64,000 bases of DNA from Octopus vulgaris (GCA_951406725.2 OX597835.1:29884001-29948000); one strand, 5' to 3'. Positions 15,136 to 29,040 are shown, numbered from the stretch's first letter. The notes: a model not told the origin generated them from the letters alone. Numbers and translations are program-made.

Positions 15136-15192
<57 letters not shown>

Positions 15193-15205
15193 CAGTAGCA
15201 GTAGC

Positions 15206-15257
<52 letters not shown>

Positions 15258-15866
15258 TGACACCCCACCTAAAAGAAAAATGAATGCAAAGTATAAAAAA
15301 AACAGACAAAACCAAAATAAAATGCAAAAAAATGAAAGACAATTGGAAGAAGAAGAACAACAACAAGAAAAAGAAAAAGAAAAACAACTTCCTCCATAAC
15401 AAAAAAGAAACGAAAAAACAAAAGAGACAGAACAAAACAGGAAGGAAAAAAAAAAGCAAACAAAAACAAAAGCCACCAGTTGGTCGTTAGGCAGATTTTA
15501 GCTCTCACGAAAGAATGGTTTAAAGAATGCAGCGAGGTGATTGGCCTAGCAGAGCGCCAATAATCGTAATAGGATTGTGAAAATCCTAACGTTTAGAGGA
15601 ATAGATTCACAGCTGTCAAACTTCTGGCACCCTCTGCCGATGTTTTAGAGTGTTTTCTTCAATGCTTTGACATTTAATAGATGGCTTTGGTGGATAGCAA
15701 GCCAGATTTACTGGTTAAAAACCAAAAGACACGGGTTTCCTTTTCCTGCCTTCCTTCCTTTCTTCCTTCCTTCTTTTCTGCCTCCATCGTTCGTCTCTAC
15801 GACACCGCATAACCGTCGCCTTGCCTCGCCTCACCTCGAGACGTTACGTTCCCTCGTCACTCTCCA

Positions 15867-15918
<52 letters not shown>

Positions 15919-16231
15919 GTACATATATACATTCACACGTATGCATATACATATACATGCATATGTATATATATCGAAAGAGATAGAAAGAGGTAGAGCG
16001 AGAGATACGCCACACATATCATTGCAGAAGCAGGCTTATACACACACACACATAGATACATACATACATATATGTATATGTGTATGTATATGTATATATG
16101 TATATGTGTATATATATATATGTATATATATATATATTAGTGCATATATATGCATATATCTATATGTAAGTATATATATTTGTATATATATGTATTTATA
16201 TACATACATATATATATACATATATACATAC

Positions 16232-16267
<36 letters not shown>

Positions 16268-16319
16268 ACACACGCTACCCACTCACATATATATATATCT
16301 ATTATGTATACACACACAC

Positions 16320-16367
<48 letters not shown>

Positions 16368-16898
16368 TTACATATACATACACACACACACATACATATA
16401 TATATACTCACCAAGCCCCCACTTGCATGTATAAACGACACATAGATTGCTTTCCAGAGAAAGGCTTTAAAGTGACAAGATAACGACCAGCACAGGTTTT
16501 AGAATGGTGGTTGCGGTGGCGGGGGATTGATCCTTCAATCTTCCATCGTCATCGTCGTCGTCGTCGTTGTCGTCATCATTATCACAACTATCTTCATCAT
16601 TATTGTCATTGCCGTCGCCATGATGATTTTAATCGTCATTCTCGTCGTCGTCATCGTCTCCATCATCATGAACATCAACATCACCGTTGTTATCGTCGTC
16701 GTTGTAAACATGAAGTTAAATAATAATAATAATGATGATGATGATGACGATGATGATGATGATAATAATAACAATAATAATAATAATGATATTAATAATA
16801 AGGATGATGATGATAATAATAACTGTAATAATAATAAAAATAAAAATTGAAATGATGATGATGATGATGATGATAATAATAATAATATTAATAATAAC

Positions 16899-16954
<56 letters not shown>

Positions 16955-16974
16955 TGATAATAATAATAATAATT

Positions 16975-17628
16975 CAAAGTGCTGAATATGTGAACAAAAC
17001 GGTGAAACTGTGGCATATTAGCAGCCAATGTACGCCACTAGCCTAGAAGGAATATAAGAGTCGCCAAGGCAATATAGCTAGGCTTGTCCATTGGGCACCT
17101 TGCAAGTATGGACATGACATAGCAACAAATTGGTGCGACCACAAGCCTGAAGGCATTGTCGAAAATAGAAATGCAAAGATCCTATGCGATTTTATGATTC
17201 AGTGCAACCATGAGATTGAGAATAGGAAGCCAGACATAGTGTTAATTGAGAAAGAAAGCAAACGAAGCTGAAATATTGATATAGCATGCCCTGCTAACAA
17301 CAAGGTATACGATAAGGAAGAAAGAAAGGTCGATAGATATGACAGGTAAGCTTGGGATTTTAAGCAGTTGTGGTCGATGAAAAAGTGGTAGTAGTACCAA
17401 TAATTGCCGGTGCCCTGGGTACTAGTGAGTAAAAATCTTAAGAAGTACATGGAACAAATAGGGGCTGCAATAAGGGTGGAGCACTTGCAGAAAGCAGCAT
17501 TACTTAGAACCTCTCAGATACTCCGGATCGTGCTCAAAAAATAAGAGGTGTTACCTTAGTTCACTGGTAGTGAACAGCTGGCACCATAGTACATCTCCAG
17601 CATTAGAAGCTAGGAAAAGACAATAAAA
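16975..17628 (+). mobile_element. 5'-truncated R4/Dong-clade non-LTR retrotransposon (CCHC plus restriction-like endonuclease), degenerate
   Basis: With stops and frameshifts it reads KC*ICEQNGET..HISSQC...NAKILCDFMIQCNHEIENRKPDIVLIEKE..IDIACP..KEERKVDRY..VVPIIAGALG..LQKAALL (stop 17542-17544). Flanked by (TAA)n on both sides. Confidence 0.85.
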
Positions 17629-17650
17629 TATTAACAACAACAACAACAGC

Positions 17651-17723
<73 letters not shown>

Positions 17724-18022
17724 TTAATAATAATGATGATAATAATAATAACAACAACACTCAGAATATTTCCTTATTTGTCGTAAAGAGACGGATTCAA
17801 AAAATAAACTCTTACTAGGAATTAAATCCTTAAATGCTTAAAAATGTCTTAGCCCGAAGGCCGCGGCCATGCTGGGGCACCACTGCTGAATTACAGAAAA
17901 AAAAGAAGATAAAGAGGATAATGAAAAAGAAACAAATTTGCAAATTACAAAATGAGAGAGGTAAAAGATGTTATACACTATATGGAAGTTTGTGTTAAGA
18001 ATTTGAAAGGTACACGCACGCA

Positions 18023-18208
18023 TTATTGTTCTTATTTTATCGTATATCGATTGCCAAGAAACCTTTCGTCACACATCTGTGACCTCTTCAACGCCTCTTC
18101 CATCCCCGTGTTTCCGGAAACACGTGGATGGAAGTGTCGCTGAAGAGTTCACAGATGCGTGACGAAAGATTTCCAGACAATGGACATAAGATAAAATAAG
18201 AACAATAA
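18023..18208. repeat. Spacerless palindrome with a decayed hammerhead core in each arm
   Basis: Centre TTTCC|GGAAA. The plus arm has CTGAAGA-GTTCACAGATGCGTGAC-GAAA; the minus arm has TTGAAGA-GGTCACAGATGTGTGAC-GAAA. Confidence 0.75.
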
Positions 18209-18508
18209 GATACTAATACTGTCAGAATGTAATATACATAAGCTGCTTCAGAATAAATCGTTGGTCGAGTTCAGTGCATAGTATGAAATTGAGGAAATGA
18301 CGAGGGAACAGGAATTACGTAAAGCACTTCATAAGCTTAAAGCTGTTTCTGCTATTAGCTGCAATGCGCTCCGAAATGAGTGCTTCTGTATCACCTTGTA
18401 GCTTCCACAGTTTCTCTAGCAAGCTATGAGTGGGTGCATAGTCTGTCAGATCTGAGTCCATAACAACTTATAGCAGAAACGGCTAATTTTGCCTACTATC
18501 AATTTTTA

Positions 18509-18596
<88 letters not shown>

Positions 18597-18643
18597 TACA
18601 CCGCGGCATGTATATGTATACATTCACAGATGCACGTAATTTA

Positions 18644-19012
18644 TTCGTTTACTTGTTTCAGTCATTTGTCTGCGGTCACGCTGGAGCACCGTCTTAAACA
18701 GTATTTTATTAGAACAAATCGACCCCCACAACTAAGTTTTGTTTTAAAACCAAGTACTTATCCTATCGGTCTCCTTGCCGAACCGCTAATTTACGGGGAC
18801 GTAAATACACCAACACCGGTTGTCATGCAGTCATGAAGGGACAATCGCAGACACAAATAAACACACACATACACACACATATGCGACGGGCTTCTTTCAG
18901 TTTCCGACTACCAAATCTACTCAAGGCTTTGGTGGCCCGAGGCTCTGGTGGGACTGAACTCAGAACCATGTCGTCGAGAAGCAAGGTTCTTAGTACACAG
19001 CCACGCCTGCGC
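18644..19012 (-). mobile_element. SINE family A
   Basis: Reverse-complement match to family A. Confidence 0.85.
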
Positions 19013-20807
19013 TTAGTGTAAGACGCTTACAACACCTAGGTTTACCAATCGGTCACCAATCTATGTCCTAACTCTGGTGATCGGGTGAAAGCGTGTTTGT
19101 GCAGAAATAATAAACAACTTACGTTGGGATTTGCTAAACTTAAAGCAAAATGTTCCTCAAAGAAATATATCATGGAAGATTATACTGGCTAAGTTGTTGG
19201 GGCAACTCACATCTCGGTATACTTTGTCGTTTATTCAGCTGAGCTCGAGTGCAACCAAATGCACCACTAACCTTTTGTTTTAGATATTTGGTGCTGAAAA
19301 ACTTTAATACTATTTAGCTTGGTATAATGTAATAATTTTAATTTTATTAGTAATCTATCTTTTGCATGTTGTTAATAGTCGGAATCTAATTAATACTGAT
19401 ATCATTGTAACTACTTGGGAGAGTCCATGGCATCACAGACCAACATACCACCACCACCACCACCACCACCATCACCACCACCACTACCATCATCATCTTC
19501 ATTACTAATAACACTAACAACATCGTTACTGTTATATAGTTAAATGATTCGTATGTTGTGACACAAACACTCACACACACACGTATATATATAGTAGAAA
19601 TATGTTACGAAAAGAAAATATAAAATACACGTGGAAATGTAAGGGTAAAATATGAAAAATCAACGAAAATGCACATTGCAAATAGAAAAAGGCTATTTAT
19701 GACAGGTAACGACAAATATATACATTTAGATTGACTGAGGTAGTAATACGAGTCAAAAAAGTCATTATTATGAGATGATTATAAGATGATAACAAAGTAA
19801 GAGAACAAAACGAACCATGGTTTACCCAAAGCTATTCATCGTATATATATATACATATACATACATGTATATGTGTGTGGGTGTATGCATGTATGCATGT
19901 ATATATGAATGTGTATGTGTCTGTTGTGTGTGTGGTGTACTAAACCACGATAGAATAAAAAGGCGATGATCCTGACTGGCAGCCATTTTTAGGACACCTT
20001 AACTGGAAGGATCTACCTTAATATCTCAGACAACTGGCAGTTTCTCTCTCTCTCTCTCTCTCCCTCGCTTGCATACTCTTCCTCTCACTTCTCTCTCATC
20101 TGTCTCTGTTCTTTCTTTCTCTCTCTCTCTACCTCTTTACCTCTGTGTCCGTCTCTGCCTGTCACTGCCTCTCTCCTAATCTCCGTATTGCATAAATATC
20201 CTACCTAATGGCCACATGTCAAAGAAAGAATTTTTGCTGAGGAGTGGCATCGTTGGAGTCGATATTGTTGTTATTGTTGTTGCCAATTATCGTAGTTGTT
20301 GTTGCTGTTGTTGCTGTAGCTGTTGTTGTCGTTGTTGTTGTTCTTCTTCTTCTTCTTCTTCTAATTCTTCTTCTTCTTCTTCTTCTTCTTCTTCTTCTTC
20401 TTCTTGGTGTGATTGCGGTTGTTGTGGTTGTTGTTGTTGTTGGCTTCTTCTACTCTTCCCACACACTCTTCACACACACACACACGCACGCATGCATGTA
20501 TGTAAGTATGTATGTATGTATGTATGTATGTGCGTGTGTATATGTATGTATGTATAAAATGCCGGTCAAAATGCTTAGCGGCATTTCGTACGTCTTTACG
20601 TTCTGAGTTCAAATTCCGCTGAGATCGTCTTCTCTTATAAATCCTTCGTGCTCGATGAAATAAGTACTAATTGGACACTGGGATCCCAAGAACTTACTGA
20701 CCTTGTGCCAAACTGTGAAACCAATACACATACACACACGCACACACACACACGCACACACACACGCACATACACACACACACATATATATGTGTGTGTG
20801 TGTGTGT

Positions 20808-20982
20808 TAATCGATGTGTACAGTATTATATATATTCTTTGCGGCCAATATCACCAATCAGTTTCGCACTAAGGGTTCAACGGAGTGTTAGGTGACGGTT
20901 CGATTGCGTAACCCTGCGCTCATCAGAGATAGCCGTTGTAACTCTGACGTAATGGATATATAATACCGTACACTTCCATTAA
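20808..20982 (-). mobile_element. Inverted-repeat element with a decayed hammerhead core (Penelope pLTR-like)
   Basis: Short IR arms. The minus strand has CTGATGA-GCGCAGGGTT...AACCCTTAGTGC-GAAA-CTGATTGGT. Confidence 0.55.
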
Positions 20983-22099
20983 TAATATACCCACACTTCT
21001 GACAGACATATGAGTATATTTTCGTCTTGAATTATGGACCTTTAGACGGCTTGTACATACACAGACAGACACACACACACATACACACACATACACATAC
21101 ACTCCACACACTCATACATATATACATACACAAGCGCAGACACACATATATGCATATATATAATATTTGGCTGCTATTTCTAGCAAATCTAGCAGCTGAT
21201 GCGCCATTACTTCTCAGATATTCATCTGGTATTTCAGTTGTTTGTCGAACCATCTGGCTACCAGTGTCTTGTAGCCAAGCACAAGGAACATATTTAAACA
21301 GTTGTTCCTTCATGTATTGTTAGGTGTTCGTTTGAAAATTTCTCTTGAGAAGACCATGTTGTTGTTGGTGTTGTTGTGTAATTTACTTAGCTATTTAATG
21401 TCTTCCTGTCTTATTTCCCTGTTCTTCAGGGAATAACATGATACCGTTTCGCCATCGCCGTTTTACATTAGACAAACATGGCGTCTTTTCCTGTTTCGTT
21501 ATCTCTTGGGGAAAGAAATACCTTTTGGTGGACTTAATTTTTCATTGCGGCTTAATATTGCATAAACACACTCATACACATACAAACACACACGCACACA
21601 CGCACACACACACAATCATGCACGAACAAACACATTTATATACACACATAAATATATACACGCATACAAACACATCACACACATATATACATAGACACGC
21701 ACACATACACGCACACACAGATACACACATACTTATGTATATATACACTCACTAGCACACATGCATACATACACATATACACACATACACAAATATATAC
21801 TTACACACGTGCACGCACACCCCCACACACATACCCACACACACAAGCATGCACAAATACATTTATATACACACATAAATATATACACGCATGCAAACAC
21901 ATCACACACATATATACATAGACACGCACACACACACATACACAAATACTTATGTATATATACACTCACTAGCACACGTGCATACATACACATAGACACA
22001 CATATATACTTACACACGTGCACGCACACCCACACACACATACACCCCCACACACACATATATATATATGCATGAACATAGAAACACACGCACGCAAAT

Positions 22100-22415
22100 G
22101 CTACTTCGTCGGTGACGACGATGAGTGTTCCAGTTGATTTGATCAACGGAGCACCTTGCTCGTGATATTAACACGTTAGTAGCTGAACACTCCACAGACA
22201 CATGTGCCCTTAACGTAGCTCTCAAGGAGACTCAGTGTGACACCGAATATAACAAAGCTGACCCTTTAACTTACAGGTACAACTCATTTTCCCTAAATGA
22301 GTGGAGTGGAGCAACGTGAAGTAAAGCGTCTTGCTCATGGACAACAACGTGCCACCTGAAATCGAACTCGCGACTTTACGACTGTGAGCTGAATACCATA
22401 ACCACTAAACTGCGC
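22100..22415 (-). mobile_element. SINE family C
   Basis: Matches 28561-28878 and 37113-37420; tRNA-like head on the minus strand. Confidence 0.8.
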
Positions 22416-22520
22416 TTTCACAGGTACGTACAGACACATACACAGGGACACACAAACACATACACTCACTTATACACTCTCGTACTTACACGAGATTTAA
22501 ATTTTTATCTGCCGCTTATA

Positions 22521-22976
22521 AAGGTCGTCATCGCCTTACGACTACAATTGGTTCCGACTGACTGGTCGTAAGTCGATTTGGTCATAAGTCGGCCTATATG
22601 CCTACATTGCTTTTTTTTATATTTTTACATTCTTAAGGTACATTCTCAGGTAAAAGTCACACACATCATTCTGTATTATAGTATTATACTGGTGTTAGTC
22701 AAAAATGTTGGAGTTCGCAAGCAGTCGTCTTATAAACAAATATGAGGTTGCCTCGATGTCTCCGCGATAGGATAGTTATCCAGCACAGTGGCGATCGATA
22801 ACCAAACCTAGGGTAAGCGTTTGTTAGCTGACATCATCCGTAGAAGGGTTAATTTTTAAGAAATTAAACCCATTAAATTTCAACTGGACTATTTATTATT
22901 GCTGCCGGGAGTTGGCGCGCTAATCATCGTAAAATCGCTCGCTCGTAAGGATAGGTCGTAAGTCGAAGACGACCTG
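22521..22976. mobile_element. Tigger/pogo-like MITE
   Basis: TIRs AAGGTCGTCATCGCCTTACGAC / GTCGTAAGTCGAAGACGACCTG with TA on both sides. Confidence 0.75.
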
Positions 22977-23355
22977 TATATTGTTTCAGTTAGGCAAAGA
23001 TACTGACTTATCATCTTCTGTGTTCCTTTGCTATCTTCCCTTTACTTCCTGTTTCTTTCCTTTCTTTCTGACTTTCTTTGATTCTTCCCCCACCCCACCG
23101 CAGCACTATACCCACAACAGGCCCAGATTGTTACAATATGATTAATTTATACACGTTGATCACACATTGTGGTTTACCGTTTCATCTGATTTATCAAAGA
23201 CGCCGAGAAGGGGAACTTTGAGATGGGGGTGCGAGGAAGCAGAACAAGAATCGGAAGTCAGAGAAAGGAGAAATAGAATACGGAAATAAGAAGGGAAAGA
23301 TCAACCATATTGACCATCAGCAGAAATAGAATTGTAACTTGACTTATATAAATAA

Positions 23356-23445
23356 CTAGCAGTAATACCCGTCGTTCATCGGATAATTACTTTTACTCTT
23401 TCTCAGGAGTCACATTCAAAGCATTATTATATATATAATAATAGA
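23356..23445 (-). mobile_element. Possible mini Helitron remnant
   Basis: Minus strand TCTATTATTATAT start and CCGATGAACGACGGG..CTAG end, resembling the ends of 27036-27435. Confidence 0.4.
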
Positions 23446-23997
23446 TTTCTCAACGGGGATTTCAGGGGAGAGTTTCAGGGAGTCGCTGGCGATGTATCGT
23501 GATGATAAAATATCCGGCCTGCTAAAATTTGGTTAAAGTGATTCAAACAGCAGACTCAACGCAAAATGGTCACATTTAATTCAAAGCGTTAAAAATGTTA
23601 TGAAAACAATTGGTATGTGTTCACAAAGTCCAAACGATTAATACGAAAAAACTCTCCAGGCTACATCCCGAAAATTCATTTCTTTGCCAAATTTCTACAA
23701 TGTTTACGGCGATTAGTTTTTATATCTTGATTTTTTATTTTTCATGCAATTTACGCATGCTATCACGCGTGGTGAACACAGTTCACGTCAAACAGCTGAC
23801 TGAGTAAAGTTCACTATTCAATGCATAGGATAAGGCCTAAACAAACACATTATCGATTTTTGCACTTGCGAGATGAAATTCGGAACAGAAATAGCGCAGT
23901 TCAATTTTCATTCGCCTAAACTTTAAGTGACCCATTTAAGTGTCACATTTAAGTGACATAGCAGCAAAGATCTTCCAACAACACATGAATGTTTTGC

Positions 23998-24223
23998 TCT
24001 TTTTACTCTTTTACTTGTTGCAGTCATTTGACTGCGGCCATGCTGGAGCACCGCCTTTAGTCGAGCAAATTGACCCCAGGACTTATTTTTTGTAAGCCTA
24101 GTACTTATTCTGTTGGGCTCTTTTGCCGAACCGCTAAGTTACGGGGACGTAAACACACCAGCATCGGTTGTCAAGCGATGTTGGGGCACAAACACTGACA
24201 CACGAACACACATACACACACAC

Positions 24224-24256
<33 letters not shown>

Positions 24257-24371
24257 CGACGGGCTTCTTTCAGTTTCCCTCTACCAAATCCACTCACAAA
24301 GCTTTGATCGGTCCGAGGCTATAATAGAAGACACTTGCCCAAGGTGCCACGCAGTGGGTGTGAACCGGAAC
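23998..24371 (-). mobile_element. SINE family A, 5'-truncated
   Basis: Reverse-complement match to family A. Confidence 0.85.
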
Positions 24372-25200
24372 TATACATGCACAGATACACAAATCTACCA
24401 TCTCTCTATTTATCTATCTATATATCTGTCTATCTATCTATCTACCTATAAATCCATACATATATATCTGCATACATAAATACATATATGCATATACACA
24501 CACACACATTTTCATACATCCTCACACTGAGGTATACAAAAGCGCACACGCTGTTACTCGAGCAGTTATACCCTCACCCCTCAACCCGACTTACATTCAC
24601 ATATGAGACAGCGGCAGGGCCAATAACGTAAAGGTAAGATGTCGTTGGTCGCAAGGGTGGGGGTGGCTGTTATAAATAGTTTTACCAACAACAACAACAA
24701 CAACAACAACAGCACTACCAACAACAATACAACTGCCAGTCTCCTGTTGCTTAGCAATGTTATACAGATAAAAGGATTTTTTCTTAAGCCACAAAACACA
24801 GCTAGATATATTTATTTTAGTTTTCAGTTAAAAATTACACTCACCATGCTGTGTGCGTGTACATACATATATACATACATACAATCATACATGCATACAT
24901 ACATACATGCATACACACATACAAACATACATACATACAAACATACATGCATTCATACATACATACATACATACATACATGCATACATACATACATGCAT
25001 ACATACATACATGCATTCATACAATCAAACACTTCCTTCCATACATATATTCGTACATACATACATACATACTTACATTCATACATGCATACATACACAC
25101 ACGCATACATACATAAAACGCACGCACGTAAACATACATATATATATGTGTGTGTATATATATAGATAGATACATACATATACATGCATGTATATTCATA

Positions 25201-25236
<36 letters not shown>

Positions 25237-26017
25237 CATATCTATCTATCTATCTATCTATCTATTTGTCTGTCTGTCTGTCTATCTGCCTGTATATATA
25301 TATAAATTCATAAGTATATTTCTACACACATTCCCGCACATACAGACACACACATATATTAAAAATAAAATAATATGGATAGCAATGTATGTGTGCGTAC
25401 ACAAACACATACACACATAGATAGATATATATGTGTGTGTGTGTGAAACGAATGTATATGTGTATGTATTAGTTTAGCTCTATATACATATCTCTATATC
25501 TACACACACACACACACACACACGCTCGCACCCTCCTCTCAAACAGAAACATGTGCATATATGTATATATCCTAAAACTTTTAAACAATATATTCGTTAT
25601 TTTGAAGTTGGGCGTTTGGATAAACCGGAAGTGGCCTTTGTTTTCAGAATAATAAACATTGAGGCAATTAAAATAAAGTAAAACGAAACAAAACAAACAC
25701 ACAAGTAACAAAATGGCAAATTTCGATTAATGATTTGATACAGAATATCTGAAACACGGAGACAAAATAACGACATGAAGATTTCTATAATAAACACAAG
25801 GACCGAAATGTTGGTGGTGGTGAGATGTCTATTACATTAACCCCAGCATTCGACTTCTTTCTTTAATTTGATCGACCCCAAAAGGATGTGAGTTCAATAT
25901 CAACAACAATTACAATATCAACAATAATAACGTATATATTTACAACGACGGCATCTGCAATGGCCTAATGGTTAAAGCAGCGGACTCGAAGTCGAGGGAT
26001 CGCGGGTTCGATATATA

Positions 26018-26159
26018 TTTTATAAGTGAAAGAGTATTGTGTTTGTCGACCGGTTTAGTTTTCGTTAATCATGACATCGACGAAATTACAATAATTTCCT
26101 TGTCACTATTAGCGAAAGTGAAACCGGTCGAGAAACACAATACTCTTTCACTAATAAAA
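26018..26159. repeat. Fold-back inverted repeat following a truncated tRNA-like SINE head (25957-26012)
   Basis: AGTGAAAGAGTATTGTGTTT..TCGACCGGTTT / AAACCGGTCGA..AAACACAATACTCTTTCACT. Confidence 0.85.
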
Positions 26160-26459
26160 CACATAAAAAATATACTAATACTATGTGTGTGCATTTTCCT
26201 TCTTTCATTGCATATATATATATATATATATACGTGTATGTATGTACATGGAAAGGTGTCGCTTAGAGTGTTGCACTCGTGATCTTCAGATTGTGGCTTT
26301 GACTCTTGGGCCGAGTAATGCGTTGTGTTCTTGATCAAAACACTTCATTTCCTGCGAACGACCGGCATGATCGTCCGATCAGGGGAATGAACACGCCACA
26401 GATTCCGAAAATGCGACGTAGCGTTCTGAAGGGACATTCGATCCGCTTTTAATGTATAC

Positions 26460-26527
<68 letters not shown>

Positions 26528-26539
<12 letters not shown>

Positions 26540-26737
26540 GTGAAGTTGTGTGAGTGTCTGTCTCCTACGATTTAGATTCCTAACTACTCCCACATTTTGC
26601 GGTGCAGTTTAACCAAATTCGGGTATCTTATAGTCGTGATTCATATCGAGCCCGTCTGGGTATTAGCGTCTACGATGAGTCTACGATTTAAGAAATAATT
26701 TACCATAATTTTTTTTCCATTTTAACGCATATTTTTT
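26528..26737 (+). mobile_element. 5' part of a non-autonomous Helitron
   Basis: Highly similar to the 5' part of 27036-27435. Confidence 0.7.
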
Positions 26738-27035
26738 CGTGTGTCGATGGCGGCGGAGTTGGCGTCCATGCTCACACCTGCACCTGTGTTGCTTCTCCCC
26801 CTTCTTCCCTCCCTCGTGAAGCTGTGGGGAAGGGAGTGTAAGGAAATCAACATCGTAAAGCGTTGTCAAGGAGACCAGTGTTCTTTTAGAACAACGACTT
26901 CATGGCTTGAATTACCCAAAACAGAAATCGCTAAAGAAGCTGAAACAGATCCACAACAACGGCAAAAACCGCAACACAGGGCAGGTTTCCTGTGCAAACA
27001 ATTTGCACAACCGAATGTTTTAGTTGTTGCACAAA

Positions 27036-27434
27036 TCTTTATATATAAAAGTGAAGTTGTGTGTCTGTCTCCTACGATTTAGATTCCTAACTACTCCCAC
27101 ATTTTGTGGTGCAGTTTAACCAAAACCGGCTATCTTATAGTCGTGATTCATATCGAGCCCTTCTGGGTATTAGCGCGCGTCTACGATGAGTCTACGATTT
27201 TAAAAATAATTTACCATCATTTTTTTCCCATTTTAATGCATTTTTTTGCTATTATATAAGGGAAGTAACTCTCTAAAAATATCTACGATGAGTCAACGAT
27301 TTAAAAGAAATTTACTATAATTTTTTTTCCATTTTTAATGCATTTTTTTTTTGCTATTTTTTGATTATAACTCTCTAAAAATGCTTTATAGTTATTTCCC
27401 TTACAAACCCGAGCAACGCCGGGCGATACTGCTA

Positions 27435-27435
<1 letters not shown>
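27036..27435 (+). mobile_element. Non-autonomous Helitron
   Basis: A|TC 5' end, subterminal hairpin CCCGAGCAACGCCGGG, CTAG|T 3' end, no TSD. Confidence 0.85.
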
Positions 27436-27476
<41 letters not shown>

Positions 27477-27818
27477 CTAGCAGTATCGTTGCTCGGGTTT
27501 GTAAGGGAAATAACTATAAAGCATTTTTGGAAAAAATATGATGGTAAATATTTTTAAAATCGTTGACTCATCGTAGACATTTTTAGAGAGTTACCTCCCT
27601 TATATTAAAAAAAATATGCATTAAAATGGAAAAGAAATTATTGTAAATTATTTTTTAAATCGTACACTCATCGTAGACGCGCGCTAATACCCAGAAGGGC
27701 TCGATATGAATCACGACTATAAGATACCCGGTTTTGGTTAAACTGCACCGCAAAATGTGGGAATAGTTAGGAATCTAAATCGGAGTAGACAGACACACAA
27801 TCTTACTTTTATATATAA

Positions 27819-27821
<3 letters not shown>
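27477..27821 (-). mobile_element. Non-autonomous Helitron, same family, inverted
   Basis: Reverse complement with TC...CTAG ends and a 7-nt deletion in the hairpin. Confidence 0.8.
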
Positions 27822-27856
<35 letters not shown>

Positions 27857-27878
27857 CTATATATATCTATATATTATA

Positions 27879-27932
<54 letters not shown>

Positions 27933-28017
27933 ATAATAAAAGGGTAAAATCAATTAATTATTAATTAATTTTACCAAGTAGTGTTCAGTATGTAAGAGGA
28001 CCATTTACGGTGTATTT

Positions 28018-28457
28018 AAAACATTACGTTATATAATTAGGGTTCAGTAAAATAATTTACTTTACCACACACCGAACTTTTAGAAATAGCAGCAAAAAAA
28101 TCTTAGCTATTTCTTCTATGGTGGTCGAAGATGGTTTGTCTGGGATTACTCATATCAGACGGGTATGTTCGATTTTTAGTGCTCTCAAATCCAAATCTAA
28201 GAAATCTTTGAGCTGACGAAGGAAATGTTGATCTTTAAATTCAACTAATCTAGGAACGTACGTTCTCAAGTAATCTTATGTACATGTGATCTTTTGTTAT
28301 TTTTCCCTCCATGCCTGCGTGAATTATTTTTGAGTATACATTGTCTGGGAGATTTTTCTTATAGTAGAAGAAATAGCTAAGATATTTTGGCTGCTATTTC
28401 TAAAAGTTCGGTGTGTGGTAAAGTAAATTATTTTACTGAACACCAACTATATAACGT

Positions 28458-28465
<8 letters not shown>
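28018..28465 (+). mobile_element. Element with about 100-bp inverted arms enclosing a minimal hammerhead motif (28208-28269)
   Basis: Arms 28018-28118 and 28365-28465. TTGAG-CTGACGA-...GTTGA..TCAAC...-GGAA-CGTACG-TT^-CTCAA. Confidence 0.65.
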
Positions 28466-28505
<40 letters not shown>

Positions 28506-28506
28506 G

Positions 28507-28540
<34 letters not shown>

Positions 28541-28560
28541 TACACACATATACATGTATA

Positions 28561-28878
28561 AGTGGCACTCCGTCTGTTACGACGGTTCCAGATGACCCGA
28601 TCAACAGAAGAGTGTGCTCGTGAAATTAATGTGCAAGTGGCTGAGTACTCCACAGACACTTATACCTTTAACGTAGTTCTCAGAGAGATTCAGCATGACA
28701 CACAGTGTGACAAGGCTGGCCCATTTTGAAATACAGGTACAACTCATTTTTGCCGGTTAAGTGGACCGGAGTAACGTGATATAAAGTGTCTTAACGAAGG
28801 ACACAACGCGTCACCGGGAATTGAACTCACAAGATTACGACCGCGAGCCGCATCCTCTTAACCACTAAGCCATGCACC
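28561..28878 (-). mobile_element. SINE family C
   Basis: Minus-strand head TGCATGGCTTAGTGGTTAAG; body shared with the copies at 22100 and 37113. Confidence 0.85.
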
Positions 28879-28900
28879 TTCACACATACACTCACATACG

Positions 28901-28956
<56 letters not shown>

Positions 28957-29004
28957 GATAGATCGATATATACAGTATATATATGTGTGTCTGTATATAT
29001 ACAG

Positions 29005-29040
<36 letters not shown>

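Noticed and set aside
25957-26012. tRNA gene
   Set aside because: Truncated within the T arm; it is a SINE head.
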